A stretch of 54,687 nucleotides of DNA from Phoronis australis (GCA_002633005.1 NMRA01000095.1:906518-961204), one strand, 5' to 3'. Shown: positions 14,501-27,200, counted from the stretch's first letter. Numbers and translations: made by a program. The notes: generated from the letters alone by a model not told the origin.

Positions 14501-15975
14501 GCTAAGGACATTCCATGAATTTGACCGTTCCATGAAAGTGATCTTAATAGTTGAAAGCTTAACTCTGTTTTATGACTGAAGGTTTGTCTCAAGTTTGACT
14601 AACTTACCGGATGTGTCAAACGCCAAAATGGGACGCAAGTAACATAAATTATTGGCAGGTGGAGCACAATACTTGAATATGTTCAGAATTGGAAATGTAT
14701 CGTCATATCCTTAACAAAACCTATTCGCTAAATGTCACAAATACCGTTCCATTACCTCTGCAGATACATGTACACGGGGACAAAAAATACTAAGGTTGCC
14801 AGTAGGATCACAGTGGTGGTCGAATTGATTTAAAACTAGCAATCGTTTGTTCACATCTGCCAAATTTCACATTGTTCCTGCAAATGGCAAGGAGATAAAA
14901 ACGGGCAGTATGGCCCAGTGGCTTTAATGCCTTCTTCCTGTTCACTAGGTAGTAGGTTTGAATCCCAATGAACCCCATTGCTAGACCTTTAAAGGGCCCA
15001 AACCTTGATTCTACATTCACTTCTGTTGAGCAAGCAAGAATTACTTGCACAGATTGTTTTCAATACAGAATAGAAAATCGCGCTTCCTCAAGGGAAGTGA
15101 ATGCAGAGCTAAGATGCTGGCCCTTTGTTGGACTGCTTACATCGCCCCCTATTGCTAAATTGCTAACAAGTACACATCCGGTAAACAGTAAGTATCTCGG
15201 AAATTGTATTTTTAAGATAACCAAGGATTTGTATTTTTACTAAAGGCACTATCGAAAACAATTGCTTTCCCCATTAATTACAGACATCTGACATACATGT
15301 ACAAAAATACAAAACTTGAGATTTACATGTAGAGCATGTACTAGGGACTTCCGCTTCTAGTTTCAAACTTGAGTGAGGGGCCAAACCGACAAAGACCAAA
15401 ACAAAACATGAATAGTTTCATTCCCAGAGAATGAGCGACTTTGGACATTTTGCGTGAATTTTTGAACTTATATATAGCACAGAACAACACCGATATTTTG
15501 GCGCATGAAGACTAAAAAATTGAATTAATTACAAAACACTGCTGGTAAAACCCATTGTCAAAATCACATGACTGTTAAAGCGTGGATTGTTCCTTTTCCC
15601 TGCATTGAAGCTGTCCTAAACGGGTGCCTCCGTATCGTGAACTTATATGGCAGATGAAAAGCACACCTTTACAAGATAACCATTTCCACACGCGTTCTAC
15701 CTTGAATGTGACAGCACCGTCTCTCTGTTGCCTATATTCGAATCCTCTTTTTCGAACAGCACGTGCTTTTCTGGCAAGTCCACAACAAGTGAGGTGGTGA
15801 TACTGCTAGAATTATTGTCACTTAGAACAATATAGAACAAGACAATCAGGGCAACAGCAACAGCAACCTTAGAATTCCGTGCAATCCGGTATCTCATCAT
15901 CAATATAAGACTGTTGTACAACACGTCTTTCGCAAATGGAAATCTTGATACCCGCCTCATACAATGTAAGCGCAT
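2414..15975 (-). CDS. GXYLT1: Glucoside xylosyltransferase-like (GT8 family), 7 coding exons: 15975-15701, 14000-13826, 12655-12521, 8773-8584, 7241-7092, 4691-4525, 2563-2414
   Basis: The spliced translation has a type II TM anchor, HLSVVACG..EAMVMLKSA, W..LFKPCASQRLFLP, LLYVDTD (DxD), LNSGIFLMNLTR, YGDQDLINIYFH, CDWNFRPDHC, LHG and a C-terminal LKEELKKTNQGQCG...FTDQL, all matching GXYLT1/2/shams. All introns are GT-AG with matching phases. The start could be the Met at 15900. The symbol indicates family, not proven orthology. Confidence 0.92.
4525..4691 (-). CDS. GXYLT1: GXYLT-like exon 6
   Basis: EKLYVFRCDWNFRPDHC...VLHGSRQVFH; donor AAG|GTAACA. Confidence 0.9.
7092..7241 (-). CDS. GXYLT1: GXYLT-like exon 5
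   Basis: GLNSGIFLMNLTRLR...YGDQDLINIYFHDNP; phase 1-1. Confidence 0.92.
7404..7682. mobile_element. Old MITE-like element with degenerate terminal inverted repeats
   Basis: GGGGACGTTTTATGAGAAGTGACT ... AGTCACTTTTCATGAAACATACC. Confidence 0.5.
8584..8773 (-). CDS. GXYLT1: GXYLT-like exon 4 (DxD motif)
   Basis: LLYVDTDVLFMRPVDDVW..F..FNSSQIAALAP. Confidence 0.92.
11340..11900 (-). mobile_element. Degraded L1/Tx1-type LINE ORF2 3' fragment
   Basis: W...D..L.WLQ..LH..L..N..L...CSVC...ETLENIF, the C-terminal zinc-knuckle region of L1-type ORF2; broken frames. Boundaries approximate. Confidence 0.6.
12215..12370. repeat. Imperfect inverted repeat (~50-bp arms), MITE-like
   Basis: CGAGATCTCG..TTAGCAG..ACGCAAACTCT pairs with AGAGTTTGCGT..TGCTAA..CGAGATCTCG. 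Confidence 0.65.
12521..12655 (-). CDS. GXYLT1: GXYLT-like exon 3
   Basis: LERWP...YPITVP...WRNLFKPCASQRLFLP; donor GTAAGT. Confidence 0.92.
13240..13313. repeat. 74-bp mini element with perfect 13-bp terminal inverted repeats
   Basis: CATGGGCGGTGCA ... TGCACCGCCCATG. Confidence 0.7.
13826..14000 (-). CDS. GXYLT1: GXYLT-like exon 2
   Basis: ccag|G acceptor; YIHLSVVACGNRFKEAMVMLKSAV...FHIFA; donor GAG|GT. Confidence 0.9.
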
Positions 15976-16378
15976 ACATGTATGAGCGCCCTCATATATT
16001 CTGTTTGCTCAGAGGGTGAAAACACAATGGAGTTTCAATGTTCGCTTAATGTTTTCATTTTCTATCAATGCAGGTGATTAACTATTAATTTTAATAGTTA
16101 GATTTGCTAGATTGCGGTACATGTGTATGGTTACCGTGACCCTTATGGAAACTTGCAGTCTACGTGTACTCCCTTCCATAAACTTGCTGTCTTACACTAG
16201 GACAGATATCCCCTTAGTCTGAATCTATTACATTGGCCTCGTTTTATAAATTCTGGCTGATTCTAGGAATCATGCCAGATAGGTAGCATCCGCAGATGTG
16301 TTTAGATTTTATCCAAATTTCTGTCGCTAGAGTTGCAGCCCACAGGACAACAGTAAAACGCCTCCAGCATTGGAAGCT
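14380..16378. repeat. ~2 kb direct duplication, copy 1 (contains GXYLT-like exon 1)
   Basis: Collinear with 17058-19023, roughly 95% identical by eye, with small indels. Confidence 0.95.
15701..15975 (-). CDS. GXYLT1: GXYLT-like exon 1 (cytoplasmic tail, TM anchor, stem)
   Basis: MMRYRIARNSKVAVAVALIVLFYIVL signal-anchor; donor AG|GTAGAA, phase 2, matches exon 2. Confidence 0.78.
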
Positions 16379-17057
16379 TTAAAGTGGCTTGGAACGTGAA
16401 AAATTGTATAAAATAAGAAAGTAAATGTTACTCATCTTGCATGAAACCTGTATCATATCGTGGCGTACAAGTTTTTTTGTAGGTTTCGTAAATATAGTGA
16501 GTTTTAGATGAGTTTGGAGTATTTTTCTTTACGTTTGAAAGTTGGCCAAAAAGACACGCCTTCGTGCTCGTCAAGTCCGACATTACAGTCCCAAAATGCA
16601 TTGCGGTGCCTTATTTGGAAATGGCTGATGACCTCAGAGAGGTGAAAGGTCGCCGAAAGCAAAACAGTGTTGGCTGGTTTCGAAAGCACATCGACACCTC
16701 GATTGACTCAAAGAAGTCCCATTTCTGAAGTAAGTTATCGATTTATTTGGTTTCTATGCTCTCCCAAGTACGTTCTAATATACTTTTTGCCCACGATTTC
16801 ATTTATGTGCATTTCAAACGGAAAATGTTCTATTCATGTCTTATCGTTTAATGAATGAAAAGTAGTCTGGCTCACCGATCGGCCTACGGTCAACATCGTA
16901 GACTATGTTGTGTATAATCTATAGTAAACATGAACAATAACATTTCGCTAAAAACATTTCAATGCATCGTGACTGTACATAAGATTTATAACTAAAATGT
17001 ATTTCGGGTGATTGTTAATTGTTACTACGTGATGATTGCGTACAGGCCAAGGGNATG

Positions 17058-19023
17058 AACAAAGTGGAACAGAACATCAGTTCAAATGAAAATGGGAAAT
17101 ACAAGCATGAACAGAGGAGTGGGACAATTTCAACTGAACAAAGTTGTTAACGCCAGCCTACGGAAAAACCAAGACTTCGCTAAAGACATTCCATGAATTT
17201 GACAGTTCCAAGAAAGTGATCTTAATAGTTGTAAGTTTAACTCTGTTTTATGACTGAAGGTTTTGTCTCAAGTTTGACTAACTTACCGGATGTGTCAAAC
17301 GCCAAAATGGGACGCAAGTAATATAAATTATTGGCAGGTGGAGCACAATACTTGAATATGTTCAGAATTGCAAATGTATCGTCATATCCTTAACAGAAAC
17401 CTATTCGCTAAATGTCACAAATACCGTTTCATTACCTCTGCAGATACATGTACACGGGGACAAAAAATACTAAGGTTGCCGGTAGGGTCACAGTGGTGGT
17501 CGAATTGATTTAAAACTAGCAATCGTTTGTTCACATTTGCCAAATTTCACATTTTTCCTGCAAATGGCAAGGAGATAAAAACGGGCAGTATGGCCCAGTG
17601 GCTTTAATGCCTTCTTCCTGTTCACTAGGTTGTAGGTTTGAATCCCAATGGACCCCATTGCTAGACCTTTAATGGGCCCAAACCTTAATTCTACATTCAC
17701 TTCTGTTGAACAAGCAGGAATTACCTGCACAGACTGTTTTCAATACAGAATAGAACATCGCGTTTCCTCAATGGAAGTGAATGCAGAACCAAGACGCTGG
17801 CCCTTTGTTGGACCGTTTACATCAACCCCCTATTGCTCAATGACTAACAAGTACACATCCGGTAAATTATATTTTCCAGATAACCAAGGATTTGTATTTT
17901 TACTAAAGGCAATATTGAAAACAGTTGCTTTCCCCATTAATTACAGACATCCGACATACATGTACAAAAATACAAAACTTGAGATTTAGAGCATGTACTA
18001 GGGACTTCCGCTTCTAGTTCAAAACTTGAGTGAGGGGCCAAACCGACAAAGACTAAGACAAAACATGAATAGTTTCATTCCCAGAGAATGAGCGACGTTG
18101 GACTTTTTGCGTGAATTTTTTGAACTTATATAAAGCACAGAACAACACTGATAATTTGACGCATGACGACTCAAAAACTGAATTAATTACAAAACACTGC
18201 TGGTAAAACCCATTGTCAAAATCACATGACTATAAATGCATGGATTGTTCCTTTTCCCTGCATTGAAGCTGTCCTTATCGTGAACTTATATGACAGGTGA
18301 AAAGCACATCTTTACAAGATACACCATTTCCACACGCGTTCTACCTTGAATTTGACAGCACCGTCTCTCTGTTGCCTTTATTCGAATCCTCTTTTTCGAA
18401 CAGCGCGTGCTTTTCTGGCAAGTCCACAACAAGTGAGGTGGTGATACTGCTAGAATTATTGTCACTTAGAACAATATAGAGCAAGACAATCAGGGCAACA
18501 GCAACAGCAACCTTAGAATTCCGTGCAATCCGGTATCTCATCATCAATATAAGACTGTTGTACAACACGTCTTTCGCAAATGGAAATCTTGATACCCGCC
18601 TCATACAATGTAAGCGCATACATGTATGTGCGCCCTCATATATTCTGTTTGCTCAGAGGGTGAAAACACAATGGAGTTTCAATGTTCGCTTAATGTTTTC
18701 ATTTTCTATCAATGCAGGTGATTAACTATTAATTTTAATAGTTGGATTTGCTAGGTTGCGGTACATGTGTATTGTTATCGTGACCGTTATGGAAACTCGC
18801 AGTCTACGTGTACTCCCTTCCATAAACTTGCTGCCTTACACTAGGTCAGATATCCCCTTAGTCTGAATCTATTACATTGGCCTCGTTTTATAAATTCTGG
18901 CTTATTCTAGGAATCATGCCAGAATATGTAGCATCCGCAGATGTGTTTAGACTTTATCCAAATTTCTGTCGCGAGAGTTGCAGCCCACAGGACAACAGTA
19001 AAACGCCTCCAGCATTGGAAGCT
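17058..19023. repeat. ~2 kb direct duplication, copy 2 (possible allelic/haplotig artefact)
   Basis: Begins 4 nt after the single N at 17054; matches 14380-16378. Confidence 0.95.
18345..18619 (-). CDS. Duplicate copy of GXYLT-like exon 1
   Basis: The 92-aa ORF differs from 15697-15975 at about 4 residues; donor site intact. Confidence 0.55.
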
Positions 19024-19112
19024 CTAATACCGCCGTAAACAGGCGGAAAAATGAAAAAGACAAGGTCCACCAAATAACACGCGGATAAACCCCAAAAGTG
19101 CAAAAACCAGCC

Positions 19113-19253
19113 CGTTCAGTAACGCTAGGACCTCGCTAAAAAGCAAGACTTCGCGAGATTACGTGAGATATTACCGTGCATTTTAAATAAGAGCACGTGA
19201 CTTTGACTACGTTTTAGCTAGGTCCTAGCGTAGGTCCAAGCGTCTACTGAACG
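19113..19253. repeat. MITE-like inverted repeat
   Basis: CGTTCAGTAACGCTAGGACCTCGCTAAAA ... TTTTAGCTAGGTCCTAGCGT...CTACTGAACG. Confidence 0.65.
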
Positions 19254-19719
19254 CACGCCAGATTAGAGAGCTGCTTGATCCATAAGATTCAAGCATTGCT
19301 GTGTAATCTGGGAGCGTCCTACTGCATTTTTACGGGGCAGTCAAATGTGCATAATAAGAACTGACTTTACATCGCTAATTATGGCCAAATTGCTCGCTAT
19401 AGTTTATCAAATAACGGAAATGCATTGAGTGATGGTAGCATATAGCAACATCTGCACTGCAGTTTCAAAGCACGTGATTCAATTTTAGTTGTCTGACAAG
19501 TGCGAGTTTTTGTTGCTTTCGATCAGTATCAATGTGTTGCATTTCTCTAACAGAACTTCATTTGTAAATATACTTTCATTTCCTTGTAATCAAACTCATG
19601 GCCCGTGAGTGACAATCACGCAGACAATTCTTCTTTCCTTAGGGGTACGTTGCCCCAAAAGTTGACTCGCGGTAAGGAGGCTCTGGACAGACTCAAGGTC
19701 TTTGAATGTATCCCTCCTC

Positions 19720-20545
19720 CCTATGACAAGTAGTGTGGAATAACAAAAACATATTGATTAATGGGAGGACTGTATTCTTTACTAGTTTCTTTGAAGCAGG
19801 TATTACTTTTGTAAAGGATATTTTGAATTTTGAAAATAAATTCCTGACATGAGAGGTTTTGAAAAATATATATAAGCTTTCAAAACTTGATTAATTATGC
19901 TGCTTTGAGACGCGGGATTAAGTTGAAAGCGGAGTCTTCGATGTCAAAATGTATACATACTTTCCAGTCAAATAAAATTACTAATGTGTTTTCTGGAAAT
20001 ATTTTACTTTCCAAAAGTGTTTTGCCTCCTGACATAGAATACAGCTTAACTGCTATTTACTCTAGACAACGAGTTAAACAAATTTATGTTCTTCCACACA
20101 AACTTTTGTTACCCCCTTATGTTAAAACCTTTAAATATTCATAGAAAAGTGCTTACAAAACTTAGTTTGAAAAAGATGAACTTAGTAAGTGATGACAATT
20201 GTGCATCTTGTGGAACTGTTGAGACTTTTAACCATATGTTTGTGGAATGTGGTTCTGTGAAAACTTTGTGGTGTGAGACTCAGAAACTTTTAATTTATGT
20301 AACTGCATATTATGATTTAATCTTAGATAAAAATGTTATTTTGAGAGCATTTTTTGATGTAATTTTGAAGATGTTAATACTATATTAATTTAACTATTTG
20401 TCAGTATTTCATTCATAAATGCTCTAGAGACCAGATTATTCCCAGATATTCACAATTTCAATGTTTCATGTATAATTATTGTACAATTAGAAAAAAAACA
20501 ACCCCGTAAAACTGCCTTTTGGGAAACCCTCATATTTGGATTAGG
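19720..20545 (+). mobile_element. Degraded L1/Tx1-type LINE ORF2 3' fragment
   Basis: IHRKVLT...LKKMNLVSDDNCASCGTVETFNHMFVECGSVKTLW (CxxC...H...C); frameshifts and stops. Boundaries approximate. Confidence 0.7.
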
Positions 20546-20583
20546 TCAACCGTGAAGTTGTATTAATTAGACATGTGCGTAAA

Positions 20584-20608
20584 TGTGTGTGTGTGTGTGT
20601 GTGTGTGT
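20584..20608. repeat. (TG)n microsatellite
   Basis: Run of about 12 TG units. Confidence 0.95.
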
Positions 20609-21949
20609 TTCATTTGCATACACTTCATTGTTCTATATCTTACTAGTGTATTTAGATATAAAATGGATATAAAAAGACTTTCGTTGCTAAAGAGCACATC
20701 ACCAAATTTTTCTCCATAGGAAATAAATGCACTGTGCCCTAAAGTTGCTCCTTTGACTCTAGGCGGGCAGTCTTTCCCAACGGTCTATGCTTCAGCAACA
20801 AACGAAATCGCGCTTTTAAATCGTTTAGAAATGCTCAGAAGCAACCGGGTCAAATGATGCGTGAAGCAGATCTTTTCGTGCCAAACTCCGAATGCGTGAT
20901 AACAGCAATTTTGAACAATAGCCATCCGGGTATCCCACGGTAGAAGTTTGCCGCGGGTACCAGAATGTATTGAATAGAACAACATTGGGAACGGGTGTAG
21001 TTCCTTAGTTAAAAAACTGTTTTAATTAAACGAGAATTCTTGGAATGACTTAGTCAAACCTCAGGTAATAAGCTTAACCGCCGACTGCATTTGAGACTAT
21101 TAATTACGTAAAGCCATTGTGCATTTGATAAGAAGAGACAGGTCTAAGGAAAACAGTGTCCATCAATCAACAAATGAACCATGGCAACCAATCAAACAAT
21201 ATTTATTATAATTCCAAATTCAAAATACCATAACAGTTACAATTGCACACAACAGGTGTCGCGCTACATGTAAATCCTCTTAATGAAGTATCGAGCACGC
21301 TATGAAATAAGGCAATATTTGTTGTTTGCCATAGCCTAGTTCTAAGACAGTAAAATAATAATATGTGCTAACATCACAGTAACCATTTCGTAGATAATAA
21401 CATTTTCGTCCAAGTGATATTTACATGCTCTCCAAAATAACACGTTTGAATGCATGTGTGTTCTGCAGCATTGAGAGAAAGAATACAACTGTGTGCTAAA
21501 AATCAACACGTTTGAAATTATTGTTACGTCTGCTCACCTCTGGGTTCAACATTATCACATTCACTGTGTGGGAATGTTAATGCAGGCCTGCATTACACTT
21601 CCTATCAATATTTACAAGTTCAAACACCTAACTTGACCTTTTTGACAGTGTGAATCAATGAGATTTATAGCATTCTGACATAAATCCAATCACTTGGACA
21701 AATACCATTTTCAGCCCTTCATCCTTCATATCCAACTCCTAGTTAGTTCCCACCAAGTCCGATGGTAGCGCTGCTTGTTCTTTCTCTCCGGCTTCATGTT
21801 GGCCCAGCCTCAAGCAACAGTACATTTACTGGTAAGTTTTCCTAATTAGACAATTTTATACCTAGCACGTTCCCTACAATATCTCTTTTAATCACTCCGG
21901 CTGGTCTGCTCACTCAGCTTGTCCGGAACCTGCTTTGCAGGTTGTTATA

Positions 21950-22160
21950 GCCCAGTTGGCTGTTTGGTGTACCCACTTGGTACTTTATATATTTGCCCAT
22001 TTGGCATTTTGTACCCACTTGGTACTTGTTATTGAATTTGCCGCTTTGCTCGACCCAGTTGGTAGGCAATCGGCCAATACCCATTTGTTATTACATACCC
22101 ATTTGGTACTATGCTAACCTGTGCCACTTAGTATCCGATACTCACTTACAAATTGGGTAT
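21950..22160. repeat. Cluster of degenerate CCCA(C/G/T)TTGG motifs
   Basis: At least 6 copies spaced ~20-35 bp apart. Confidence 0.65.
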
Positions 22161-23470
22161 CGCAAATGTGTGTGATATCTCTTGTAATTAAGGAACCCAT
22201 TAGGTTCCTTCTCCGAAATATTTATTTGTAGAACCATGACCCTGAAATTACCAATACAACTTAAAATAGATATTATTCTTGTTGTTTTATTTGTCCCGAA
22301 TAACAGAGGCTGACCACGTGGTACCGGCGACAGTTATCACCTAGCTCCACCAGGTTCTTCTTCCCAACGGGTTTTTGGTGAAAAGCCTCTGTTCGGGAAA
22401 TGAAACTTTTACAGCATATGTCATTTGACGTCATTGGTTTTAAAGTAAGCCAAAATCCCTCATAATCTCCAGGGTCCACTACCCTCAGGTTCCGAAGTCG
22501 ACACCATTCCCCCGAATCCTTGGTATAGGACTAGTCTGCACGGTATTATCATGGCTTACTTTAATTCTACTTACGTTTTCATGGTATCTCAGCATTGAGC
22601 ATGAATTCTTAGAAATTTTCAGGTGCAGTTTTAGGTACGATTTCTATCTCACTTCATAGAGAACATTAAAAGAGTACCAAAAAACTTTCAAGACCTAAAT
22701 TTTACGTAGAAGGCAGAAAGAAAACACCAAGGGAAACGTAAATAAAGCTTTAAATTGACGAAGCACAACAAAATTAGTCCATTTTGATCACATACAATTC
22801 AATTATATCTTACTTTTTGGCAATCCATGTAAATTTCACATTTTAGCCAGAGGTGCATCTGTTTAGGCGACTGTCATGAAAAAAAATCGGTGAAACTCAT
22901 TTTTTTGTAGAACGAAATATATGAATCACTGTTTCATACTAAACGCTGGAATCTGTGTCGCTGGAACACTAAAATTAGTTTGGAAATAGTTTGAATTGTG
23001 TTCAAAACTAATCACTTTTGATGGTCTCAGGTGGACATTTGTGAGATTTTTACATAACATTAATGTTCAAAACATCCATAGACAGGAACTAAATTATTAT
23101 TCGACAAACAAAAAATCAACTTGACTTCAGTTATCTTTCCTCAATGTTATTCCCGTGAAAATAACCGTGCCCCAACGCTTCTTTATAGAGTAATCAATCT
23201 ATCGTCATAAGTGTTCTTTGAATCCATGGTAGTGGACAAAACTTACCCAAAATTCAGAACATTGATCAGTTACAAAAAGGCGATGGAAGTCGAGCAGTAT
23301 TACTAAACTAAATTCATAGAATCATGATCACTAAAATCTAGCTTTTTCTGAATTTAAAGAACTGTGTCAAGGTGAAACAATTATGGTCTCTGCTTTTCTC
23401 TGTTGTGTCGCGAAACAAACATGTTTGAAGACGTAGCTCACCACTCAATACCCCACACGGTGCTGTGAGC

Positions 23471-24240
23471 TTACAGAATTTTCTTAGGATTCCCATGCAC
23501 ACGCAACCATTCCTTGATCTCTCTTCGCAATGCAAAACAAGGCTCGATTTCTTTATTCTCAAACGTTTTCTGGGTTGCTGGGGAGGTTTTATGTGTGCTC
23601 TGCCATTTCAAAATGGCAGAACGTTCATAGGTGTAACCATCACTTGCGCTAACTGGGTTCTTCATGATTTCTTGAGTCAATGCACACCGGAAATACGCAG
23701 GAACTTCGACGTCATGCCAAGCACGCTTAGCAGTGAGTTGGGATGACACGCTCGAATTCGACACGAGACTGGTGGTACTATTTGTTCGCTTTGTATCTTG
23801 TATTGGATCACCATCAGGATAGTCTGAGGAGATGTCGAAATCGTGTCCGCCTGTATTGATATTTTCTTGCTCGAGTCTCAAATTTGAAACTGGTTGTTGC
23901 GCGGGATTCACGAACATTACAGGATTCCTTGACTCCCCTTCGTCTTTTGTACTTATACAATCAAGTGAATCGTACACGTGTGCATCGTCTGCTTGGTGAT
24001 TTGACGATAAATGCCAGTAGGGATCTGAGTCATGCTTTAAATTTTGTCTTGAAAAAATCTTAGGTTGTGCTGAGCTAAGTTGACTGTACTCCTGTCTTGG
24101 ACCATGGTTAAGGTCTGAATCAAGATGCATGTACACGTTATTAGCGTATGATTCTCGCATTCTGGTATCCGGTATCTGCTCGTAGGGCTCCATTTGTTGA
24201 ATGCTGTTCATTATTTCTTTCGCTGGACCAAGAGGGATTT
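23471..24240 (-). CDS. Receptor terminal exon 21: SAM end, Tyr-rich linker, U-box domain
   Basis: VPAYFRCALTQEIMKNPVSASDGYTYERSAILKW...TSPAT...P.FALRREIKEW fits the U-box consensus. Confidence 0.9.
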
Positions 24241-27200
24241 CTGAAAATCGAAGTTTTCGGATGTTCTTACTCAAACAATTTTACTTTAAAGCACGCACGC
24301 AGGCACGCACACACGTGCAAATGCACACCTATACGTAAAAACGAAACGAGCAGAAGTTGTTTCAGTATAACGGAAAATTGAAGCAACGAGTATGCGTGGT
24401 AAGCGGTGTAACACATGGCGCAAAAATGCAATAAAACTTGATGTGAACCTAGGTTCGCGTCCGCCATGTGGCGCACTTGCTTTCTGGTTTGTTCCTGTTC
24501 AGGTACAACTTTATCTAGAATTAATTACGTAAGAATTCAAGTGAAGAAAACTTATGTCACAACATCCGCCGTGTCAAGATATTCCAAAAAGTTGGGGTTC
24601 ATAATGGAAACTCAAGATTTCGAGTTCAAATTCAAATTATAGCGTTAAGGATAGGGTCGTTAAGTGCAATCTAGAATCAAACAGTTATCCACGTGAGTCA
24701 TTATGCACTGGACCATAGAATAATTAACAATCATCTCGAGTTCGCACAAAACTGAGGATAGGTAAAAAATCGAGTTTCATCTCAAGTTAAAAGACTATAC
24801 CAAAGCCCAGAATTTGTTCCCGAGAGACATGCCGCCCTCTTTAGTGTAAAAGAAGACAGTTGTAAGGGAACCTTGCAAGCATCCAATGTTACAAACTTGT
24901 AAACGTTGGTCTGAATGATATCGAATGCGGCTTTAGCTTTTAAAGCTTTTAAAGAGACAGTCCTACTTACCCATTTACTAAAGCGAAAATTGTAAACAAC
25001 TTTGCGACTGCACATACACTCAGTCTTTTTGTGCTATATCCTAGCAGATCATTAAGGGAATTTACAAAGGAAACGAGAGTCCAAAAGTCAGCCGTTTCGA
25101 TTGTGCTGGCCAACCTATACAATAGCGGTGCACTTCATGCACTTGTCACGGTTGTTGCTTTCACGGCAGTTCACTTTGAGACCTTTTGAGAGAGGTGTTT
25201 ACCCATGATTCACGATTGTAATACAACCTTCAAAAGTGCAATACGAAGAGTCCCTACAAAGTCGGCTTAAGTGACAATTTGAATAAGCTGTCGGCGTGGA
25301 CGCAAGCAGACGATTTATGTAGAGTCACACCATACGCACTGTGGGATTTTAGTAAGGTTGTTTTGATAATTATTGCCTTGGTCCACTAAAGGCGGGTAGG
25401 TTAAATATGCATTAACATGTTAATAAAGTTAGTAAAACATAGTTTGGGTTAATATCACCCACATGGAGTTCAAAGTTCTTTTCATGGCCGACTGACTGTA
25501 CAGCTTCAAGCCATAGTGTATAGTGCCTCAGCAGCTTATTTCCAGTTTTAAGTTGGCAACAACTGATTCAGAATACTGTTCAGAGTTTGCAATGCTAAAT
25601 GAAAAAGCTGTGCCCCTAAGCGCAAACTCTATGGGACACTATGGGCTTATGTGACCTCACCTCAAAAGGTCAGATGATGCATGTACTACTAACCACGTTG
25701 AAGACTTACTGAGCTTATCCGTAAGATCGTCCTCCTTCAAAGTTTGCAGCGTATTGCTTGTTATTTCTTCCCGCTCGAAATTGGCAGCGAACCTCTCAAG
25801 ATTCAACCGCTTTAGGAATTCCAACACATCCTTGTCTGTACAAGAAAGAACAAATTAAATGTGCAAGAATTTTGACGGGTTTACCGATTTTTACCAATAA
25901 ATCGAACACTGAAACCGAAGCACACAATGTCTAAGGAGGCAATTAACGGTTCAACGACAGCTCGTATCATATTCACCTTTAACACCACGCTTTTAACTAG
26001 AGACATTGGACCAAAGTGTCATCTTAGTCAAATTTGCCGCATATCTAAATAAGCACACGTTCGGATAACGTTACACTGCTCACCCAATTTATGCGCTGTT
26101 TTCTTCCCAGTTTTTCGTTGGCGTTTTCTGTCAATAGGCTGCATTGCGTAACTATTTTCGTAGCGTCTATCAGTAGAAGCAACCTACAAACGGATGGACA
26201 TATGCATTAAGTCGTGGGTGAGCCATTCCATCCAGCATAATAAGTTAGTTGTTTGGCAGTTTAAAGGTGTGTACATGTACGTTGTCCATTAGTTAGGCGG
26301 GTTCATTAGCTCTGCTTTTGCGATAAACCATGAGACAATTTCAAGAAATGGCTCAGCAATACATTGCATCTGAAACGTAACGTTTTTCCAAAAATACCAA
26401 TGGGCGTACTTCCCGTCTTTAAGTCAACAGCGTTCGTATTTTACAAAATCTTAAGATCGTTCGTAATTTGACGATCATTCCTAGTTCTACAGGCGGGCCT
26501 TATAACTGAATAGTCAGTTTGATACACACTCTCTCTCGATGGTCAAATCACGATTACATAGACGAATGCATAGAAAAATTTACCAAAACGGCAATGCTAT
26601 TATTACAGCACTGATGAAATTTTGAATTAACAAAACTTCATTCGATGTACATATATGTCATGTATTGTGACCTCTTACTGTAACTGTATGCAGAGAAGTC
26701 GTTCTAACCATCCCATAGGTTTAAAGCACGTACCGTTACCCCGCTAAAACCGTCGTGGCTTGGCGTCGTTAAATCTGTATAATCCACAGTTGAATACTCT
26801 TGGCCACTCTGATACTTGCTTTGGTGAAACCTAAATCAAAGCTAGTTAATCTTACACGTGTATCCTATTATATTCTTACCTGCAACACTTGTGGAAAACA
26901 ACAAAACACCTTTTATTAAAATTGTCCAACTTAAGAAGTTACATCACAACCTTTCAAGACATGTTATGTTGCCTTACAAATCGCATGTAAAAGTTATATG
27001 GACCATAATGACCAAGGTTGGCTTTCTTCGGAACATCTTTTCTCATGTCACACGGTTAGGTACTATGCTTTATATACTGTTCTCAAAAATAAACTTAGGA
27101 TCTCTTTGTAAATGTTCCACATTTGCATGAGAGTCGAGTTAAACATAAACCAAATGATACTTTTGAAAACTGCAACGGTGTTTTTGATATCTCACCTTTA

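Noticed and set aside
14808-17989. Paired 80-113 aa ORFs in the two duplicated blocks
   Set aside because: Intronic sequence repeated by the duplication; an indel shifts one of the frames and there are no protein motifs.
21950-22160. CRISPR-like repeat-spacer pattern
   Set aside because: The core is only ~9 bp and degenerate, spacing is irregular, the context is eukaryotic and there are no cas genes.
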